64,000 bases of DNA from a virus. Taxonomy: Duplodnaviria; Caudoviricetes. Location of the stretch: IMG/VR virus record IMGVR_UViG_3300008259_002461; one strand, 5' to 3'. Positions 59,301 through 64,000 of the stretch are shown here, piece after piece (the stretch's first letter is position 1; each line of letters begins with the position of its first letter). The position numbers and the translations under genes were made by a program. The notes under the pieces are model-generated. The model saw only the letters and a list, made by a program, of their open reading frames with translations, was not told the origin of the DNA and searched no databases.

Positions 59301-62300
59301 AGTACGAATCTACTAACGGAAGTTATATTCCGCCTACGCCAACTAAATTAGGATTATATCCTAAATTTGAACCTAAAATTTATATAGACAATAGTTACAA
59401 TAATTCTGTTAAAGTTATTCAAGGCCACGACGGTAGTATAATTGCAGCGTATGATGATTTTAGAGATGCATTAATTTTAGAATTAGAAAGAAGAATATTT
59501 AATAATATTAAAATAGATTATAATGCTGACCTATTTGACTTGAATGACTACAAACCAGGCGCATTTAGAAACACTGGATTTACGCGAGAAGAAGTTGATC
59601 AACCTATTATTACTGACTTTGTCCAATGGCTTCAATTAGTAGATCAAGATTATACTGAGCACAAATATTTTGACAGAGAAGATTCTTTTACTTTTAATTA
59701 TTCTAGTTTAAGAAGTCCAACAAATACTTCGTTGCCAGGTTGGTGGAGAGGAGTGTTTGACCATGTGTATGACACTGACAAACCAAATACCAATCCGTGG
59801 GAAATGTTAGGTTTTAAAATTAAACCAAATTGGTGGGAAGAACAATACGGCCCTGCTCCTTATACTAGTGAAAACTTATTACTATGGGAAGACCTAGAGC
59901 AAGGTATAATAAGAATTCCTGGTCAACCATTTAAAATTAATTCTAAATATGCACGCCCGGGTTTGAAAAATTTCTTACCAGTAGACGCAGACGGAAATTT
60001 ATTAAGCCCATCTGATGCTAATATTTGTTTAAAGTATGATAGTTTAGATATTAAAAATAGTTTTAAATTTGGTGATTATTCTCCTGTTGAATTAGCTTGG
60101 AGAAAGAGTTCCGAATACCCGTTTGCAATGTTAGCAAGTTGGGCAATAAATCAACCAACTCGACTATTAGCTACAGGTTTTGATAGATCTAGACAGATTC
60201 GAAATAAACTTGGACATATAGTTTATAAAGACTCGGGCAGACATATACAACTTGCAGACATTTTATTTCCTAATACTGTTGACGATACAACACAAGTATT
60301 AACATTGGGAGTAGTTAATTATATTGCAGACTATATGGCATCAAGTGTAACTGCAAATTTTAAAAATTATAATACTAGACTAAAGTCTATAAAAAATAAT
60401 CTAACTATTAGATTAGGTGGATTTACTGACAAATCTAAATTTAAATTAATTTTAGATTCAAGAACACCGTTAAACAAAGGTAACGTTTTTGTTCCAGAAG
60501 AAAACTATAGAGTTTTCTTAAACACTAGTTCTCCATTACGAACAATTAGCTATAGTGGTGTTATAGTTGAAAAACGACAATCTGGATTTATTATTAGAGG
60601 TTATGATTCTGAATCACCAACATTTACTTACTTTGAACCTTTTAAAACACAACGCGATACGTTAATAAATGTAGGAGGAATCTCTGAGATTTTCACACGT
60701 TGGGAATCTGGACAATTATATAGAGAAGGCTCAAATGTTGAATATAATAATGCTTATTATAAAGTAATTACAACTCATACTGCAACTGGAGTGTTTGACG
60801 TAACTAAATTTGCTAAATTGCCTGCACTGCCATTAAAAGGCGGCCGATCAGCAACATTTAGTAAGAAATTTAATACCTTTCAGCCTATAACTATTCCTTA
60901 CGGCACATTGTTTAAAACAGTCCAAGAAATTGTTGATTTTCTATTAGGTTATGGTAATTGGTTAGAAGCTAATGGATTCCGATTTGAGTATTATGACGGC
61001 GAAGAAAAGATTATTTCTAACTGGGAAACTAGTGCTAGAGAATTTTTATTCTGGACTACTCAAAATTGGGGAGAAGGTACATTATTAGCTCTAAGCCCAG
61101 CAGCCGATGAAATTAATTTTACTACAGAGTATAGTATTGTTGATAATATCTATGACAATTTTTACGGTTACTCTATTCTTAAAGCAGACGGTAAAAAATT
61201 AGTAGAAGAATTTAGTAGAATTAATAGGACTGATCCTAACAACTTCCAATTACGTCCAAAGAATACCGCTGACGGAGTTTATGCCATACAAGTTCCAGTA
61301 GTTCAAAAGGAACACATAGTTTTAATTGACAATTTTACAGTGTTTGGCGATGTAATTTATGATCAACCTACTGGTTATCGACAAGAACGTATTAAAGTTC
61401 TAGGATACAGGACCTCTGACTGGGACGGTAGTTTAAATATTCCTGGATTCTTATATGATGCAGCCACTGTTACAGACTGGAAACAATGGACTGATTATGC
61501 TATTGGTGATTTAGTAAAATATAAAGAATTTTATTATACAGCTAAAAATAAAATAGCAGGTGCTGAAAATTTTGAAATAAACAGTTGGGCACGATTACCT
61601 AGCCGACCTGAATCAGGTTTGATTACAAATTTTGAATATAAAGTAAATCAGTTTGCAGATTTTTATAATTTAGATAGTGATAACTTTGATGTTACACAAC
61701 AAAAACTTGCACAACATTTAATTGGTTATCAAAAGCGTGAATACTTAGAAAATATTATAAATGACGAAGTTTCTCAATATAAATTCTATCAAGGAATGAT
61801 ACAAGATAAAGGTACTAAAAATGCTCTTACAAAGTTATTTGATGTACTAAGTAGTAACGACAAAGAAAGTTTAGAATTTTTTGAAGAATGGGCCATTAAA
61901 GAAGGTCAATATGGTGCCAGCGAAGGGTTCGACGAAGTTGAATTTAAATTAGATGAATCAAAATTTAGAAATACTCCACAGCCATTTGAGCTAGTTAGTT
62001 CTGTACCTGGCGGCGAGACAGATTTAATATATCGCATACGTCCATTTGAAGTATTTAAAAAACCGCTTAATTATAATCATAAGCCTTTTCCTGTTAGAGA
62101 ATCTAGCATAGGATACACCCGCGATGCAGGTTATGTAAATCAGGAAGATGTGCAGTTTATTGTACCTTCATATTATGATATTTTAAATATTAATATTGAT
62201 GAGTTTTCTAACAAAAATTATGTATGGGTAGGCACAGAAAAACAATCATGGAATGTTTATCAACATGTCTTATCAGATTATCTTGTTACAAAACTTGTAG

Positions 62301-64000
62301 GTAATGCTAATGCAGTATCAATAGGAGATCCTACAAAAAATCAATTTAAATTATCTCTAAACAAAGCAGCTACAGATATTAAAGCAGGCGACATTATCGG
62401 ATTGTACGATTTAATAATATCAACTAGGGGCGAAGAAGATTCAACTACTATACCTATAGTAACACAAGAAACTTCAACAGTTCAAGGATTTTTTAAGGTA
62501 TTAGCAGTTAATGTTAATGAACTTATTATTGATACTGATCTTACGGTTAGTGACATTGACGATTGTCGTGGTTTACTAACTCGTTTAGTGTCATCAAGAG
62601 TAGAAAATATTAACGAAGCAAATATTCTTACACAAGGTACAATTGACAATAACGACTTGGTATGGATTGATAATGACGGTGTTGATTGGAGAGTAATAAA
62701 AAATAATCAAGCCTTTGACTTATTACAAAAAATTCCCGCAGAGGAAGTTGGAATATCAAATAAATTTGGATTTTCTATAGATGTAGATAGTCGTAATACG
62801 GTCATTGTTGTTGGATCACCGGGTGCTTCAACTAATGGAAAGGCTTTTGTCTATACTCGTGGTGCAAATTCTCAAAACTTTCAATTTACACAAATCATTG
62901 AACCTACAGACAATTTAGCTGACCTAGGGCAGCAGTATGCTGAAAGTGTAGCAGTATCCCCAGACGGCAAATTTATTGTTGTAGGTTCGCCTAATGCTTC
63001 AAATATAAAAACTTTATTTAGAGGTGACTACGACGAAGAAACAGACTATCAAAACGGCGAAAGTGTATTGTTTAGCGATCAACTGTGGGAAGCTGTTGTA
63101 GACATTCGCGGAGCAGACGATTCACTTGAGTTTTCTAGCTTTGGATCAATTATTGAAATTTTACAAAAGTATAATATCACTGCCGGCGAAATTACATTTA
63201 ATAATTTAATAACAGGTAATTATCCGTTTAAAAATGTAGAAACAAATCATATATTAGTTAGAGCACCAGCAGATCAATATGCCGGTACAGGCCCGGGAGA
63301 TAGAGTATTTTTAGATTGGTATTTAAGGACCACAGCAAATCAAGATCAGCTACCTTTAACTTTAACTGCTAGACAACCGTTTGGCGGAGCAGTAACTGGA
63401 TTTACAGAGGCAAATCTTGAAGGTGGTTTAATAATTCAAAAGAAAATTGATGCAGTATTGTATGTTGAAACATTTGCTAATCTACCTGAAATTGGAGAAC
63501 AAATAGACTCCGAAGGAGTATTTGGATATGTGGCTTATGTATATCAAGATGAAGGCGCAGCAACAGTTTATGTTGAGGGATCGTTTGGTCGTTGGCAACC
63601 TACAGGATCTTTATTTACTGAACAAGGCGAGTTCGTAGGAGAGTATGTAAGAGTTGCACCAATTGAAACATTAGATGTATCTGATGATCTAGGCGGATAT
63701 TGGTGGTTTAATACTACGTCAACAATCAATGTAGGATTAGTTAACGAAGATGAAGGCCGAGCGTTAGCAGTATACAACGTTATACCTAACGGAAAAGCTG
63801 ATCCAGGTGCTCGTGGCGGCAATATCTATGATTATAACAACACTATTGTTAATAGTGAAAATAATATTAATAGCTATATTAGAACACTAACGTATCAAGG
63901 AGCACCAGGTGCATACAATAATCTAAACATAATTCCAAGTGATTTGTTCGTAGTTAGAGCACCAAATAGTCTTACAACTAAATTATCAACCGGTGACAGA
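56399..64000 (+). CDS. Giant baseplate wedge-like protein (>2533 aa, partial; absent from the ORF track, consistent with no stop in the window)
   Basis: TAATG overlap with the gp6-like stop; MAYDDRQTELP...HLPKYFRT; frame still open at 64000 (...LSTGDR); contains CBM-like and FG-GAP-like repeats. Confidence 0.85.
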   Translation, partial: MAYDDRQTELPLPGDGSEKRKSEIHLPKYFRTESNTKFLSSTLDQLLQPGVAEKLNGYFGRKTATAFNPSDTYIADVSKDREDYQFEPASVITDALGNVEFFKNYNDLINQVKNFGGVNRNHSNINKEEFYTWDPHINWDKFTNFREYYWLPTGPQTLNIVGDVKEITSTYSVSLQDNGDNYSYIFSPDGLTPNPNFKLFRGVTYRFEINTPGLPLTFRTQRTLDDAFLIKQGINAQAVENGVIEITLNEATPNEIFYVADNNINLGGVIRVANIEESSFIDVETEILGKKTYTTKAGWSVTNGMKIRFVGEVIPAIYSNSEWYVEGVGDKIKLISDIDVEVSFPVGIDLNVPFDTEDGFDRLPFSSAIGFPRDKDYIVINRASSDGNFWSRYNRWFHKDVIELVASINNQPANLDQAARANRPIIEFEANLKLFNFGTTTKPVIDLIDDFSVDAFSSIEGTLGYSVDGVQLRNGMRILFLADTDPLVRGRIFKVEFIKFTGSGVAGQIALRETEDSLPQINENVLVTKGNTYTGSMWFFNGTEWKRAQEKTQVNQPPLFDAYDAAGVSFADTSKYEASNFKGTEIFSYKTGVGTADSVLGFPLVYRSIDNVGDILFDFDYNSDIVEYQIDTVPQTVPIASGYLKKYTDKNNFINLGAWTKADKLSSQAVILQYINDNTKINYPINCFDQSGFLTDLLVRVFVNNKVVKEGVDYELVLTADKFKAVKFIKNIKLNDVIKFKCFSNTAKNENGYYEIAANLEKNPLNEDVTDFTLGEVNDHVASIVENLQAFTGVFPGTGNLRDITDLSKYGRKFIKHSSPLNLSMYHLLDREANLVKSIRYARREYGKFKRQFLEIASSLGYEGPVKEHVDRILLEINKDKINKMPFYSSDMLPYGAAIRNRITVEDPDSRFYSLTQPFKYNEINTRAVGVYINNEQLLYQKDYEFNDNGFLIVTVQKEFGDVLDIYEYESTNGSYIPPTPTKLGLYPKFEPKIYIDNSYNNSVKVIQGHDGSIIAAYDDFRDALILELERRIFNNIKIDYNADLFDLNDYKPGAFRNTGFTREEVDQPIITDFVQWLQLVDQDYTEHKYFDREDSFTFNYSSLRSPTNTSLPGWWRGVFDHVYDTDKPNTNPWEMLGFKIKPNWWEEQYGPAPYTSENLLLWEDLEQGIIRIPGQPFKINSKYARPGLKNFLPVDADGNLLSPSDANICLKYDSLDIKNSFKFGDYSPVELAWRKSSEYPFAMLASWAINQPTRLLATGFDRSRQIRNKLGHIVYKDSGRHIQLADILFPNTVDDTTQVLTLGVVNYIADYMASSVTANFKNYNTRLKSIKNNLTIRLGGFTDKSKFKLILDSRTPLNKGNVFVPEENYRVFLNTSSPLRTISYSGVIVEKRQSGFIIRGYDSESPTFTYFEPFKTQRDTLINVGGISEIFTRWESGQLYREGSNVEYNNAYYKVITTHTATGVFDVTKFAKLPALPLKGGRSATFSKKFNTFQPITIPYGTLFKTVQEIVDFLLGYGNWLEANGFRFEYYDGEEKIISNWETSAREFLFWTTQNWGEGTLLALSPAADEINFTTEYSIVDNIYDNFYGYSILKADGKKLVEEFSRINRTDPNNFQLRPKNTADGVYAIQVPVVQKEHIVLIDNFTVFGDVIYDQPTGYRQERIKVLGYRTSDWDGSLNIPGFLYDAATVTDWKQWTDYAIGDLVKYKEFYYTAKNKIAGAENFEINSWARLPSRPESGLITNFEYKVNQFADFYNLDSDNFDVTQQKLAQHLIGYQKREYLENIINDEVSQYKFYQGMIQDKGTKNALTKLFDVLSSNDKESLEFFEEWAIKEGQYGASEGFDEVEFKLDESKFRNTPQPFELVSSVPGGETDLIYRIRPFEVFKKPLNYNHKPFPVRESSIGYTRDAGYVNQEDVQFIVPSYYDILNINIDEFSNKNYVWVGTEKQSWNVYQHVLSDYLVTKLVGNANAVSIGDPTKNQFKLSLNKAATDIKAGDIIGLYDLIISTRGEEDSTTIPIVTQETSTVQGFFKVLAVNVNELIIDTDLTVSDIDDCRGLLTRLVSSRVENINEANILTQGTIDNNDLVWIDNDGVDWRVIKNNQAFDLLQKIPAEEVGISNKFGFSIDVDSRNTVIVVGSPGASTNGKAFVYTRGANSQNFQFTQIIEPTDNLADLGQQYAESVAVSPDGKFIVVGSPNASNIKTLFRGDYDEETDYQNGESVLFSDQLWEAVVDIRGADDSLEFSSFGSIIEILQKYNITAGEITFNNLITGNYPFKNVETNHILVRAPADQYAGTGPGDRVFLDWYLRTTANQDQLPLTLTARQPFGGAVTGFTEANLEGGLIIQKKIDAVLYVETFANLPEIGEQIDSEGVFGYVAYVYQDEGAATVYVEGSFGRWQPTGSLFTEQGEFVGEYVRVAPIETLDVSDDLGGYWWFNTTSTINVGLVNEDEGRALAVYNVIPNGKADPGARGGNIYDYNNTIVNSENNINSYIRTLTYQGAPGAYNNLNIIPSDLFVVRAPNSLTTKLSTGDR

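Noticed and set aside
1-64000. Alternative genetic code (stop reassignment)
   Set aside because: Genes of 5-7 kb are uninterrupted in code 11 and coding density is near complete.

Overview
A 64-kb segment of a large, AT-rich T4-like myovirus, probably a jumbo phage, read in the standard genetic code. 1-30.7 kb (minus): a very large fibre/adhesin block with at least 3 tandem Gly-rich paralogues, an S74-chaperone fibre and four 1700-2260 aa modular beta-helix proteins, most followed by a small adaptor-like gene. 30.8-40.3 kb (minus): head operon (major capsid, scaffold, prohead protease, acidic core protein, glycosyltransferase-like gene, portal) and a tape-measure-like gene. 40.4-41.5 kb (plus): gp26-like chaperone with a strong candidate programmed -1 frameshift (slippery heptamer plus an 11-bp stem). 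41.5-47.3 kb (minus): a putative ejection protein, an ORF-free and densely base-paired ~500-nt element directly behind a minimal GIY-YIG nuclease, then gp46, gp47 and a gp55-like late sigma factor. 47.4-64 kb (plus): baseplate genes ending in a >2500-codon ORF that runs off the window. About 12 (A)TAAATA late promoters and two sigma70-type promoters are visible. No tRNA, CRISPR array, integrase or reverse transcriptase was seen. The best leads are the GIY-YIG + structured RNA locus and the frameshift. All family calls come from motif recognition by eye; no database searches or folding programs were run.
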